The position numbers were made by a program, and so were the translations under genes. The notes under the pieces are model-generated. The model saw nothing but the letters and a program-made list of their open reading frames with translations, was not told the DNA's origin and ran no database searches. Shown here piece by piece: positions 38,032-47,409 of a stretch of 64,000 nucleotides of DNA (position 1 is its first letter; every line of letters begins with the position of its first letter). The stretch is from a virus (lineage: Duplodnaviria > Heunggongvirae > Uroviricota > Caudoviricetes), in IMG/VR virus record IMGVR_UViG_3300013094_000021, one strand, 5' to 3'.

Positions 38032-38766
38032 TTATTTCATGTATTGTAATTTTCTATTCAATATCCTTGAAATTGAGGCGTAAGATATATTTCCTATTTT
38101 ATTAGCAATTTGAGTTAAAGATAATCCTTTTTCTCTTAAATAGAATATTAATTCTATTTGTTTTTTGTTAAGTTTTTTGATAGAGAGTGATAGATTCTTT
38201 TTATGGGATTCGGATTTTGGTTTATTAGAAAGAGCTAATGAAATCTTTTTTCTTGTATGTTCTGTGATAACTTGTTTTTTTCTTGACTCTGATATTTTTT
38301 TAAGAGCTTCTGTTGAATGTCTTTTTCCAAACATACCGTTATTTTTGCCCGTAACTTTTAGTTTGTTTTCAATTTTTTTCATGTGATGGTTTTCTCCAGA
38401 GTGTTTCTCGCGATACTCTTGGTTTTTCCAAGTATTTTTCATTATTAATGAAATATTATTTGAGGCCGTTTCGCCTCCGTCGGTCATATTAACTAAACGA
38501 TAATTTTGTTCTTTTAAATGCTTAATCCAGTAAATTTCTCTCTCTTTCCAATTGTTTTCATCGCACGATTCAAGAAGCTGAATAGTTGGGACTAAACTCT
38601 CTTTTAATAAAGACTCTATCCAAAATTTTCTATGGTTTTTCTTTTCATACTTGACATTTGATATGTGTTGTGATAATCTCTTTTTTAGAGAAGCTTTTGT
38701 TTTACCAACGTAACGTATCTCGTTAGTAATAGGATGCTTTAAAACATAAATATTAATTTGATTCAT
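38032..38766 (-). CDS. GIY-YIG homing endonuclease
   Basis: NIYVLKHPITNEIRYVGKT (GIY...YVG), downstream R, E, N..DGG motifs, C-terminal HTH; only minus-strand gene in a + block. Confidence 0.7.
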   Translation of the reverse strand: MNQINIYVLKHPITNEIRYVGKTKASLKKRLSQHISNVKYEKKNHRKFWIESLLKESLVPTIQLLESCDENNWKEREIYWIKHLKEQNYRLVNMTDGGETASNNISLIMKNTWKNQEYREKHSGENHHMKKIENKLKVTGKNNGMFGKRHSTEALKKISESRKKQVITEHTRKKISLALSNKPKSESHKKNLSLSIKKLNKKQIELIFYLREKGLSLTQIANKIGNISYASISRILNRKLQYMK

Positions 38767-38806
38767 ATTAGTATATTACACTAAAACTCTATCGAACCGT
38801 CTTATT

Positions 38807-39397
38807 ATGCAAACTTTTTTACCTTATTTTGATTTTAAAATGTCGGCAAAGTGTCTTGACAACAAACGTTTAGTAAAGCAGAATTTAGAAAATAGACAAA
38901 TTTTAAATACTCTTTGTGGTTTTAGTAGTGGATGGTCAAAGCATCCGGCTGTTTTACAGTGGAAAAACAACATTCTTGCCTTAATTTCTTACGGACTAGC
39001 TATTAATGATGAAGTGGTAAAAAGAGGATTTAAAGATAGCTCTAGCCCTTATAATAAATATTTAGAGTATGCTAAAGAAAACAATTTAAATTACAAATTA
39101 CCAGACTGGACTAACAACGAATCTATAACTAGCAGTCATCGCTCGCGACTGATTTGTAAAGGTGAGATTGATTCTCTCTGCGATGCAATCAAAAAACATT
39201 TCAAAATTAAAAAAATTGACGATTGGTGCAAGGAAAAATTCAAATTAACAAAAAACGCCTTGCGCTATGAACACGTCGCTCTCTTGCAACAAATTTGCGC
39301 CGAAAACAATCTATCGGTAAAACAAAATCATTACAAACAATTCAACTGGACGGACAATCCCGCCGCCGAATACGTTTGGCCGAAAGGAAAGGAATAG
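38807..39397 (+). CDS. pyrimidine-dimer DNA glycosylase-like (T4 endonuclease V / DenV family), tentative
   Basis: HPAVLQWKNNILALISYGLAINDEVVKRGF resembles T4 endoV [37 protein letters not shown]. Confidence 0.45.
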   Translation: MQTFLPYFDFKMSAKCLDNKRLVKQNLENRQILNTLCGFSSGWSKHPAVLQWKNNILALISYGLAINDEVVKRGFKDSSSPYNKYLEYAKENNLNYKLPDWTNNESITSSHRSRLICKGEIDSLCDAIKKHFKIKKIDDWCKEKFKLTKNALRYEHVALLQQICAENNLSVKQNHYKQFNWTDNPAAEYVWPKGKE

Positions 39398-39430
39398 TAA
39401 AATTAGTGTTTTTATCTTTCATCATATACA

Positions 39431-39778
39431 ATGAATTATTTAAATCCAAGAATTGTCTGCGCGGCTATGAGGATGGATGATGGAAAAATCATCGTCGGCG
39501 TCAGACATTTTAGCCCAGAAATGCGCGAAACTCTTGCGCGCATATATGGAAAAGGAATTAAATTATTTGGTTTTTTTATTAGAAAGCCATACCATTTAAG
39601 AGTGGCGGAACAAGGATTTATTGACCAATTCGGCAAATTCCATTCTCGCAGCGCGGCTTGGGAAATAGCTGACAAAAACGGACAAATCATCAGGCCAACC
39701 GGATTTGAAAAAAATCCATCGCCAAGAAAATCCAATATAGGAGATAAAGAACTTCTTTTTTCAGAAAATCTTTACTGA
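39431..39778 (+). CDS. hypothetical protein
   Basis: 115-aa ORF. Confidence 0.35.
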   Translation: MNYLNPRIVCAAMRMDDGKIIVGVRHFSPEMRETLARIYGKGIKLFGFFIRKPYHLRVAEQGFIDQFGKFHSRSAAWEIADKNGQIIRPTGFEKNPSPRKSNIGDKELLFSENLY

Positions 39779-39826
39779 TATTTCTTGACATTAAAAAGTA
39801 AATTCCTTATTATAGTATAACAAACT

Positions 39827-40159
39827 ATGCCGACAAAAAAACAGCTTGATTTCTACGAGAAGAATAAATCAGAATTTGATTATTTTTTTGAAGCTAGAGG
39901 TAGAGCGTATGATTTAATTTACGAGGGGGAAATTCTGGCGACCGACTATGTAGCCGGACTTAGAAAAAGTAGATTCAGTGAAAAGAAAAGGTTTGCCTTG
40001 CAAAAAGTCTGTCTAAATCCTGACTCAACTTCAACGGTTGAACGCTATGCGAAAGATTTTGATTTGCCTTGGATTATTCTCGCTTGCCGCCCGAAGAAGA
40101 AAACTATAAGTAAAAATAAAATCTTTCCTTCTGAAAAGGATTTTCCGCATGGATTCTAA
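39827..40159 (+). CDS. small protein with C-terminal KIFPSEKDFPHGF tail (family member 4)
   Basis: C-terminal motif family; stop overlaps next start. Confidence 0.4.
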   Translation: MPTKKQLDFYEKNKSEFDYFFEARGRAYDLIYEGEILATDYVAGLRKSRFSEKKRFALQKVCLNPDSTSTVERYAKDFDLPWIILACRPKKKTISKNKIFPSEKDFPHGF

Positions 40160-40466
40160 TTTAATAAAAGAATTGCACGAAAAAAATTCCGAAACCTTCG
40201 ATAAGGTTTTAACTGGCTATTTAGGTTACGGATTGGAGTCTTTAAAAAAACAAGGATATGTATTGGCCGACCATCCTAGAGACATTATTAAATCTGGGTG
40301 GTTTTTTTTAGCGGCCAATCACACTTTAGGAAGAGCGACCATTTATGGCGGTAAAACATACGAGTATCTTTATAATACCTACGGTCTTCAATTATTTCTA
40401 AAAAGAGCCCCGTTAATTCCAAAAAAGATTTTCGCCTGTGAAAAGGAATATCCCCATGGATTCTGA
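40149..40466 (+). CDS. small protein with C-terminal KIFACEKEYPHGF tail (family member 5)
   Basis: start ATG lies inside PHGF codons of upstream gene. Confidence 0.4.
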   Translation: MDSNLIKELHEKNSETFDKVLTGYLGYGLESLKKQGYVLADHPRDIIKSGWFFLAANHTLGRATIYGGKTYEYLYNTYGLQLFLKRAPLIPKKIFACEKEYPHGF

Positions 40467-40785
40467 AAAAATAAAAGAATTAAAAGAAAAATACCTAGAG
40501 TCTTTTAATAAAGAATTAATTAATAAATATGGAAAAGATTTGAGTCTTTTTGAATCTCAAGGCTTTGTTTTGGCCGATAACCCGAATGATATTTTAAAAA
40601 GACGCGGCATTTTTGCAAGTTCCCAAGGCTACTCTCGTTTGTATTTGGATGAAGCCTATGATTATGCTGGAAAAACCTACGAGAGACTTTTTGAAAGTCA
40701 CGGAGTAGTTTTATTTTTGAAAAAAATAAAAGTTAATCCAAAGAAGATTTTTCCATGTGAAAGGGATTTTCCCTATGGCTATTGA
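40456..40785 (+). CDS. small protein with C-terminal KIFPCERDFPYGY tail (family member 6)
   Basis: start taken at MDSEKIKEL, overlapping upstream PHGF-stop; clear paralogue of 40149. Confidence 0.4.
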   Translation: MDSEKIKELKEKYLESFNKELINKYGKDLSLFESQGFVLADNPNDILKRRGIFASSQGYSRLYLDEAYDYAGKTYERLFESHGVVLFLKKIKVNPKKIFPCERDFPYGY

Positions 40786-40842
40786 TTTGACTTGACGAAA
40801 ACATAGGAATGATTTAAAATCAATTCGTCGCCAGTTAAATAC

Positions 40843-41037
40843 ATGAAAAACATTAAACAAGTAATTAAAAACCTTCAATCAAAAGGTTTCAAAACTGAAT
40901 CCGGCTCTGGCTCAAGATTGAAGATTATTCCGCCGAATAAGGCGATGGAAATATATAGTCTTCATATTGACAATACCGGCAAAGCCTATTTTCCACTTAA
41001 ACGATTCGCCAGAAAGAATTGGGGGATTCAAATTTAA
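40843..41037 (+). CDS. small hypothetical protein
   Basis: 64 aa. Confidence 0.3.
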   Translation: MKNIKQVIKNLQSKGFKTESGSGSRLKIIPPNKAMEIYSLHIDNTGKAYFPLKRFARKNWGIQI

Positions 41038-41047
41038 TTTATAAAAA

Positions 41048-41299
41048 ATGAAAACAAAAACAAAAATCATCCTATCCATAGTTTCGGCGCTTTTCCTGCA
41101 TTTAGTTAATTCAATTTTTAACTTTATTTACTCGCCGATTATTGGTCAAATTTCGGCTCAACAAGTCAATGACTCGGTATCTGATTATGCCTTGGCTAAA
41201 TTTTTTAGAGACGGTTGCTTTTCGGAATGCTTGTTTTTGATTTGGGCGTCTTTTATTTTAGGAGTTTGGTTAATTGGAAACAAAAATAATAAAAAATAA
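41048..41299 (+). CDS. small two-TM membrane protein
   Basis: 83 aa, two hydrophobic helices, basic C-terminus (holin-like topology, unproven). Confidence 0.35.
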   Translation: MKTKTKIILSIVSALFLHLVNSIFNFIYSPIIGQISAQQVNDSVSDYALAKFFRDGCFSECLFLIWASFILGVWLIGNKNNKK

Positions 41300-41324
41300 C
41301 AAAAATAACAAAAAAAATAAATAA

Positions 41325-42356
41325 ATGAAAAATACTACTTTAAAATTGGCTATTAGCGCGGCTCTCGTCGCGACAATGATTGGCTCAACTGGCTGCATTA
41401 AGCCGCCAAAAGTGCCCGACACGAAGGAAATCAAACCCAATGAGACGGCTTGGGTTATTCCATTGGAAGGGTCATCGCAGTCTGGACAAACTAAATTCAA
41501 TTCGGTTGAATTTTTGGAGCAGCACAAGGTTGCGACTAAACGTATCTGGATTGATAAGGCTGAGAAGCCAATTGGACGCTTTTCTTGGGAAATCGAATGG
41601 ATTCCTGCCGTTCGCGTTATTACGGTTGACAGAAGCCTAGTTACTAGAGAATGGACTGACAATACTCAAACCGGAACATCTTCCGGCAACCAAGGTATTC
41701 CAGTTAATACAAAAGATAATATCGGCCTTACCATTGGACTGACAATCACCGCCTCAATTGATGAGGACGACGCTTCAACATACCTATATTATCACGGTGA
41801 AAAGGCATTGGCCGATGTTGTGGATTCAAATGTAAGAAGTTTTGCGGTAGCTGAATTGAATCGCCAAGTTTCTTCACTTACTCTAGTGGATTTTCAGCAA
41901 CAACAACCGCAAATTTACGCAACGCTATTTAAAGACACCGCCGCCTATTACAAAACCAAAGGCGTAACCATTCAATACCTTGGAAATGCCGAAGGCTGGC
42001 ATTTCATACACAAGGAAATTCAAGATTCAATTGATAAATCCTTTATCACTCAACAAGATAACAAGACTGCCGAAATGGAACAAAACGCTCAAAAGACCAG
42101 AAACGATACTCAAATTCTAATCAATAAAACTGATAACGCAATCAAGGTTGCAACTGCACAGGCCGAAGTTGACGCCGCCACAAAACTTGAGGGCGCAAAA
42201 GAAGCCGCATTGTTTAGAAACAATCTTCAAGTTCAACTCTTGAACGCTCAAGCTAAAATGCAAATGGCTACCAAGTGGGACGGAAAGATGCCATCAAACA
42301 TTTTGCCTGAAAACTCTCCGATGCTACTCAACATGGGGACTTCAACAAATAATTAA
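41325..42356 (+). CDS. lipoprotein with C-terminal coiled-coil
   Basis: signal + lipobox (ATMIGSTGC), Ala/Gln-rich coiled coil near C-terminus. Confidence 0.5.
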   Translation: MKNTTLKLAISAALVATMIGSTGCIKPPKVPDTKEIKPNETAWVIPLEGSSQSGQTKFNSVEFLEQHKVATKRIWIDKAEKPIGRFSWEIEWIPAVRVITVDRSLVTREWTDNTQTGTSSGNQGIPVNTKDNIGLTIGLTITASIDEDDASTYLYYHGEKALADVVDSNVRSFAVAELNRQVSSLTLVDFQQQQPQIYATLFKDTAAYYKTKGVTIQYLGNAEGWHFIHKEIQDSIDKSFITQQDNKTAEMEQNAQKTRNDTQILINKTDNAIKVATAQAEVDAATKLEGAKEAALFRNNLQVQLLNAQAKMQMATKWDGKMPSNILPENSPMLLNMGTSTNN

Positions 42357-42376
42357 ATAATTAATAAATCAACAGT

Positions 42377-42406
42377 CCGCCAGAGAAATCTGGCGGATTT
42401 TTTTTC
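42377..42406 (+). terminator. rho-independent terminator
   Basis: ccgccag-agaaat-ctggcgg + T9. Confidence 0.6.
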
Positions 42407-42435
42407 TTGACAGATTGAACTTATCCTTTATTATA
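42407..42435 (+). promoter_or_regulatory. consensus promoter driving an ORF-free ~220-nt transcript
   Basis: cttgacagattgaacttatcctttattata. Confidence 0.5.
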
Positions 42436-42813
42436 TTAATATATTAAAGTTTCCGCCAGAGAAGTAATCAAGTCCATATCAAAGTATTGTCGCCCAAGAA
42501 ACGAGCGGACGACGACAAAATCCGGCGGACAAGCAGTTTATGACCGTCGAACCTGTAAAATCGAAACGGTTGAGGTTGGAGAGAGTTAATTAGTTAATAC
42601 TTGCAAGAACTCTTTTCTTATACTGGTGGCGCGCGGAGTAGCTAACCGCGCGCCATAAAAAATTTCTTGACATTTGCAATTAATTAATTACCATATCGGT
42701 ATGAATTTAATCAAAAAATCAAATCATCGGAAACATTTTTGAATCAACAATTATTCTTCCGAAGAATTAAGTTGACAATTCCGAATAAATCTTTATTATT
42801 AAACAAATATAAC

Positions 42814-43278
42814 ATGAATATCTTCAAAAAAATCTTTGGTGGATTTAAAAAAGTCAATACCCCACAGAATTCCGGCGATTACAACAGGAAAATAGCCAAC
42901 GCCGAATTTGATAATAAGCAGGAGTTTATTTTTAAATCAATTATTTCCGACATGGAAATAAAAAACAGAATTTCACAAGACTTCTACTTTTCATTACACG
43001 TCGCAACCTTTGTTAATTATTGTTCAAAATCAGAAGGAAATTACGGATTGCGTGTTTATAAAAGCACGGTTAAAAACTCTGAAACAAAATTCGAGGGAAC
43101 CGTTAGCGACACTCAAACAAATAAGGAATTAATTAAATTCAACAACTACTATTCCGAACTTCTTTATAATAAAATAGAAAAAAGATTCAGAGAAATCCGA
43201 CTTGAAGAGAAGCAGGAGGAATTAAAGGAAATCGAATCCTTAATTGAAAAAAAATTCGGTAAAATGAAAGATTTTTGA
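42814..43278 (+). CDS. hypothetical protein
   Basis: start moved to MNIFKK, 6 nt after a consensus promoter -10. Confidence 0.4.
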   Translation: MNIFKKIFGGFKKVNTPQNSGDYNRKIANAEFDNKQEFIFKSIISDMEIKNRISQDFYFSLHVATFVNYCSKSEGNYGLRVYKSTVKNSETKFEGTVSDTQTNKELIKFNNYYSELLYNKIEKRFREIRLEEKQEELKEIESLIEKKFGKMKDF

Positions 43279-43290
43279 CGGTAAATAATT

Positions 43291-43533
43291 ATGAAACCTT
43301 GCCGAATCGGACAACTTGTTACTTTCTTCAATAATGTCTTGCGGTGCGGTTATATGGAAAAGCTTGGCAGGGCCGCTTTTGGCCGAGAGCTTGCCGCCCT
43401 GCTTAAACAAACTCATTCCGCCGAAAAGCTTTGGCCGACAATCTCTTTAAAAGGTGCGCCCGAACCATTTGAATTAAATTTTAAAATGTCCAACGCCGCC
43501 GATTGCTCCGATTGGATTGCCGATAATAATTAA
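43291..43533 (+). CDS. hypothetical protein
   Basis: 80-aa ORF. Confidence 0.35.
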   Translation: MKPCRIGQLVTFFNNVLRCGYMEKLGRAAFGRELAALLKQTHSAEKLWPTISLKGAPEPFELNFKMSNAADCSDWIADNN

Positions 43534-43538
43534 ATAAA

Positions 43539-43802
43539 ATGAAATCCTACAAACATTCTTCTAAAATTAATAAATCAATTAATAAATCAATCTCCGATAA
43601 ATACGGCCAATCCATTACCATCAATTCCAAAGTCGCCTTTAATTGGTGCGGTGCGGTCTGCATTGGCCGGATTAAAGAAATACAATCAAAAGAAAAAACA
43701 AACTATTTCGGCGAAAAAGAAATAAGTAATAAATTCATCATCGAACATTCAAACGGAGGAAAATCCACCGTTAAAAACGTGGATTCTTTGGTTGTGATAT
43801 GA
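43539..43802 (+). CDS. hypothetical protein
   Basis: 87-aa ORF. Confidence 0.35.
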   Translation: MKSYKHSSKINKSINKSISDKYGQSITINSKVAFNWCGAVCIGRIKEIQSKEKTNYFGEKEISNKFIIEHSNGGKSTVKNVDSLVVI

Positions 43803-44009
43803 AATTATTTAATTTAATTTCAGTGTTAATTCTTTCATTCGCTATCAGGTTTTTGTTAATTGAATTTTACTGGTGGTTTAAATTCAATATTTACTGGCCT
43901 TTTGTTTTCTGGATAACTTGGAAAGATTGGTATATTAATCTAATAATTAAATACCGAGAAATAAAAAAGAAACTCTTGACATAAACATTAATTTCTTTAT
44001 CATTGATAT

Positions 44010-44456
44010 ATGAATAAGTATGTGATTAAAGCAAGCAGCCAAAAACAAAAAGATTCAATAACTAAATCTCTTTTGGATGCTGGACTTGTGCTTTACAAAG
44101 GTTTTTCCCTTTATCCGAAAACAGTTGAGGAATTTCGACTAAAATCTCCTCATAGACAATGCCCGAACGTAATTTTTGAAAGCTCTGGCTACATTGCTAC
44201 TTGGTTTGAAAATATAGAATCATACAAACGCGACCACACCATTCTTGACTATAACGATAAAGAACATCGAAAAATCTTCAAGAACTTCCTTAAAGAATTC
44301 AAAGAAAAAAATAAACTTAAATTTTCGCAATTAGAGGTTAGTCACAAAGGATTGCGCGTTACCACTGCCGACCGATGCGAAAAATGCAATAACAAAACAA
44401 ACTGGACTGTCAATGTCGGCGGGCGAAAAGCCTATTGGTGCGGATGCGGCAATTAG
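44010..44456 (+). CDS. hypothetical protein with C-terminal zinc ribbon
   Basis: CEKCNN...CGCGN. Confidence 0.4.
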   Translation: MNKYVIKASSQKQKDSITKSLLDAGLVLYKGFSLYPKTVEEFRLKSPHRQCPNVIFESSGYIATWFENIESYKRDHTILDYNDKEHRKIFKNFLKEFKEKNKLKFSQLEVSHKGLRVTTADRCEKCNNKTNWTVNVGGRKAYWCGCGN

Positions 44457-44534
44457 TTCGACCGCTATCCTTCTGATAAAGGAGCGGTCATGTTTGATTT
44501 AAATGAATTTAGTTTATCTGACGAAAAAAAATAA

Positions 44535-44705
44535 ATGAAAAAACCCAAAATTCCTAAAGGCTGGTATCTTCTTCTGGAGGGCGCGAGAATTAAAAAGGGC
44601 GACAAATCTCTTTGCCTAGAGAACAAATTAGGCTTGATTGGAATTGCTTTCGTCGGTGACTATGTGAAAGAAGGAGAAACAGTTATTAGGCAATTAATTA
44701 AATAA
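44535..44705 (+). CDS. small hypothetical protein (56 aa)
   Basis: below ORF-track cutoff; read manually. Confidence 0.25.
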   Translation: MKKPKIPKGWYLLLEGARIKKGDKSLCLENKLGLIGIAFVGDYVKEGETVIRQLIK

Positions 44706-44710
44706 TTTTT

Positions 44711-44899
44711 ATGGCTAGAAAAATTCCAGATGGTTTTATCCGCATCACTCGCAACCATAAACCTTTGCAGGGCGATTGCTGGTTGCCAGCTAATCCAATT
44801 TACAAAGAGCCAATTCCATGCTTTACCGCCATCGGACGAATCGCCCGCTATCGCGACGGCGAATATAAAAACTGCACCTTGATTCGCCCAGTTGCCTAA
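44711..44899 (+). CDS. small hypothetical protein
   Basis: 62 aa. Confidence 0.3.
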   Translation: MARKIPDGFIRITRNHKPLQGDCWLPANPIYKEPIPCFTAIGRIARYRDGEYKNCTLIRPVA

Positions 44900-44919
44900 A
44901 AATAATTAAATAATTAATT

Positions 44920-45138
44920 ATGGAAAAATTCTACCTTTCATCATTCAACGGCTACATTTACAAATCCAATAAGGAAGGAGTATTCTTTTACAGAGACGGG
45001 TGGAGGGTATCAAATTTTAATAAGTTAGATATTTTTATTGACTGGATTTTAGGATTTTCTCTTTTCAAAAAAATTGATGAACATAGGGCCCAATACGAAC
45101 TAATTAAAAGAAAATACGAACATTTAATAATTAAATAA
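44920..45138 (+). CDS. small hypothetical protein
   Basis: 72 aa. Confidence 0.3.
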   Translation: MEKFYLSSFNGYIYKSNKEGVFFYRDGWRVSNFNKLDIFIDWILGFSLFKKIDEHRAQYELIKRKYEHLIIK

Positions 45139-45281
45139 TTCTATTTTTCAGAAATCTGCGGCCAAAGGTATTCTTTTTTACTATTTATCTAATAATATTT
45201 GCTCATAATTTCCTCTTGACATAGTAGAAAGTTCCTTTAATATAGAGAAAACAAAATAAAGCTTTAAAAATTAAAAAATAT

Positions 45282-45485
45282 ATGTCCGCCGAACCTTTTA
45301 TTTGGTTGTTTTTAGTGCTTGTCGGCTTCTGCTTCATGGCTCTTTCTTTTCACTTTTACGAATCCAAAAGGAAGCAATCTTTAGTTCAACACTGTTTTTT
45401 AGTCGGACTTTGTATTTGGTTTTTCTGCTTTGTTTATGCGGTTATTTGCGTCTTTTCCGCCGGAAAACTAATTGTAATAACTTGA
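45282..45485 (+). CDS. small membrane protein
   Basis: 67 aa, two hydrophobic helices, behind consensus promoter. Confidence 0.3.
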   Translation: MSAEPFIWLFLVLVGFCFMALSFHFYESKRKQSLVQHCFLVGLCIWFFCFVYAVICVFSAGKLIVIT

Positions 45486-45548
45486 CCAAAACAAACTTCA
45501 AATAACACCAGAATAACAATTACTTAAATAAGCAATAAGACATATAAG

Positions 45549-45584
45549 TAAATAGATAAATAAATAGATAAATAAATAGATAAA
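45549..45584. repeat. 3 x 12-bp perfect tandem repeat (taaatagataaa) inside a ~600-bp ORF-free, extremely AT-rich region
   Basis: direct reading; iteron-like. Confidence 0.7.
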
Positions 45585-46138
45585 TAATATAAAATAAATA
45601 AGTAAAAAAATATATGCTTTCTGGACGACTTATTTAATTATTTCCACAATACCTAGTATTATCAATACTTTTATATACATTATATAGTATGATTTCAAAT
45701 AAATCTTTTCCTAAAACTGTTTATATTTCTTTCAATAAGAGATTTAAATTCATTGTAATAGTAGAAACTAATAGGAAAACTTTAGTGAAAATTTTAAAAC
45801 ATCCAATTTATAAAAATTATTCTAAAATATTCAAATTTTCAATAGATTATTAAAACATAAAAATATATAATAAAATCAATAGTTTTATAATTAGTTAATT
45901 AATAGTGATAATTATTTCATTATTAATTTTTTCATTTGATTTAAGTTGGTTTTACCTCTAGTGAAAATAAACTTGGGCAAAAGAAAATAATAATAAAGTA
46001 ATTCAAAATAATCCAATGGAATCAATGGTTTTCTAATTATTCAATTAATAATTTAAAAATGAATAAATAATAATCAAATAATTCAAAAAGCGGGCGGATT
46101 TGTGTTGACAAGGATAATTATTTCTTTAATATGAATAC

Positions 46139-46342
46139 ATGAGTAAAAATATAGATGATTCCCGTGTTTTTCCACTTACTATTAACAATAGCGCATTGGA
46201 GCGCGGTATGTCTTTGAGACAATATGCGGCCATTCATTTACAGGTTCCCGACAGCGGAATTGATTGGCTGGATAAAATGATTAAAGAGTCAAGAAAATTA
46301 AATAAAGAACAAAATCAAAAATCATTTAAATCAATTGGATAA
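46139..46342 (+). CDS. hypothetical protein
   Basis: 67-aa ORF behind consensus promoter. Confidence 0.35.
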   Translation: MSKNIDDSRVFPLTINNSALERGMSLRQYAAIHLQVPDSGIDWLDKMIKESRKLNKEQNQKSFKSIG

Positions 46343-46381
46343 TTTCTTGACAAATAAAAGTTTTTTCTTTAATATAGGTAT

Positions 46382-46546
46382 ATGAATAAATTTGAAGAAC
46401 TTCTATTGTTTAATGTTTTCATTTGGATTGTTTGCGCCGCTGTAAGCGTTAAACAAAAAGATTTTACTGGAATTATAGTGGCTGGGGTGCTTACTGCGCT
46501 TTGTGGCTGCCGCGCTTTGTTCGCCAAGAAACTTTTTGAGAAATGA
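46382..46546 (+). CDS. small membrane protein (54 aa)
   Basis: leaderless behind consensus promoter; read manually. Confidence 0.3.
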   Translation: MNKFEELLLFNVFIWIVCAAVSVKQKDFTGIIVAGVLTALCGCRALFAKKLFEK

Positions 46547-46550
46547 GGTT

Positions 46551-47054
46551 ATGAAAAACAGTTTTGAAACGCCGGAAAATAGGGCGCAAGAGTTAATCAA
46601 AAGCATCCTCGTTCATGCAATGGTAGCACCGCATCCAGACATTGCGAGAGTCACCGCTCTCATCCAGAAGGCGGATGAGTCTGACGAGTTGCGTAACTGG
46701 AAAGAGATAAATTCTATAACGGAAAAATGCACTCAATGCGGACATAGCATGAGTCCGTCCTATATTGAATCTGGTTGGTGTATGTCCTGTATTTGTAAGG
46801 ACTACAAAGTTAAATTGGAAAATTCGGAATCATCCAGAAAGTTTTTATCGAGTCGAATTAATGCAAGTTTAGCCGAACGCAACACCCTGAAAGCGGACAA
46901 TGAGAAGTTGCGCGAGGACGCCGCTCGCTACAAATACATTCGCACTCTCAACCCGCGCGTTTTTTGCGAGATTTCGGAAAGGAGCATTAACTACGGAATT
47001 CCTTTTGATGACTTGGTTGACGAGGCAATCCAAGACGCGAATAAAATTCCTTGA
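46551..47054 (+). CDS. hypothetical Cys-rich protein
   Basis: start taken at MKNSFETPEN with GAGG RBS; CxxC...CxxC pairs. Confidence 0.4.
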   Translation: MKNSFETPENRAQELIKSILVHAMVAPHPDIARVTALIQKADESDELRNWKEINSITEKCTQCGHSMSPSYIESGWCMSCICKDYKVKLENSESSRKFLSSRINASLAERNTLKADNEKLREDAARYKYIRTLNPRVFCEISERSINYGIPFDDLVDEAIQDANKIP

Positions 47055-47085
47055 CAATTAAAATAATTCCTTCATAATTAAATCC

Positions 47086-47361
47086 ATGAGCAATTTCATT
47101 ACAGATTTCTTTAAGGGCCAAAAGTGCCGAAAGCTTGAAAAGATTAAGCTGGCGGAAGACTTGAAAAAAGCCAGAACGGAGGAGGCACAGAGACTTATGC
47201 GTGAGGCATCCAAAGAGGTTGCCATTTTAGGTATTAAAACGTGCCAAACTTTCAATTTATTAAGCAATAATACAGTTACAATTCATGGCGCATCTAAAAA
47301 TGGAACTATTTTTAAAATTACAGTTAATAAAAATGGCGCGCTTTTCATAGAAAGAATTTAG
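47086..47361 (+). CDS. hypothetical protein
   Basis: 91-aa ORF. Confidence 0.35.
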   Translation: MSNFITDFFKGQKCRKLEKIKLAEDLKKARTEEAQRLMREASKEVAILGIKTCQTFNLLSNNTVTIHGASKNGTIFKITVNKNGALFIERI

Positions 47362-47409
47362 ATATTTAAATAATTTGACAAATCAAATTATTTATTTATA
47401 ATAATAAAC

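Noticed and set aside
41048-42356. Holin-spanin lysis cassette (2-TM small protein followed by lipoprotein)
   Set aside because: No endolysin nearby, the lipoprotein is large (343 aa) with no C-terminal TM, and the arrangement is only superficially similar; kept as membrane protein and lipoprotein.
42739-43278. ORF-track start at 42739 (and similarly 46503 for the 46551 gene, 31200 for 31233, 40438 for 40456)
   Set aside because: The upstream extensions run through a consensus promoter or through the preceding gene's C-terminus; internal ATGs placed right after the promoter -10 or stop codon are more plausible.
45549-45584. CRISPR array
   Set aside because: The 12-bp and 17-bp tandem repeats here and at 63886 are contiguous with no spacers, and no cas genes were seen, so they are not CRISPR.
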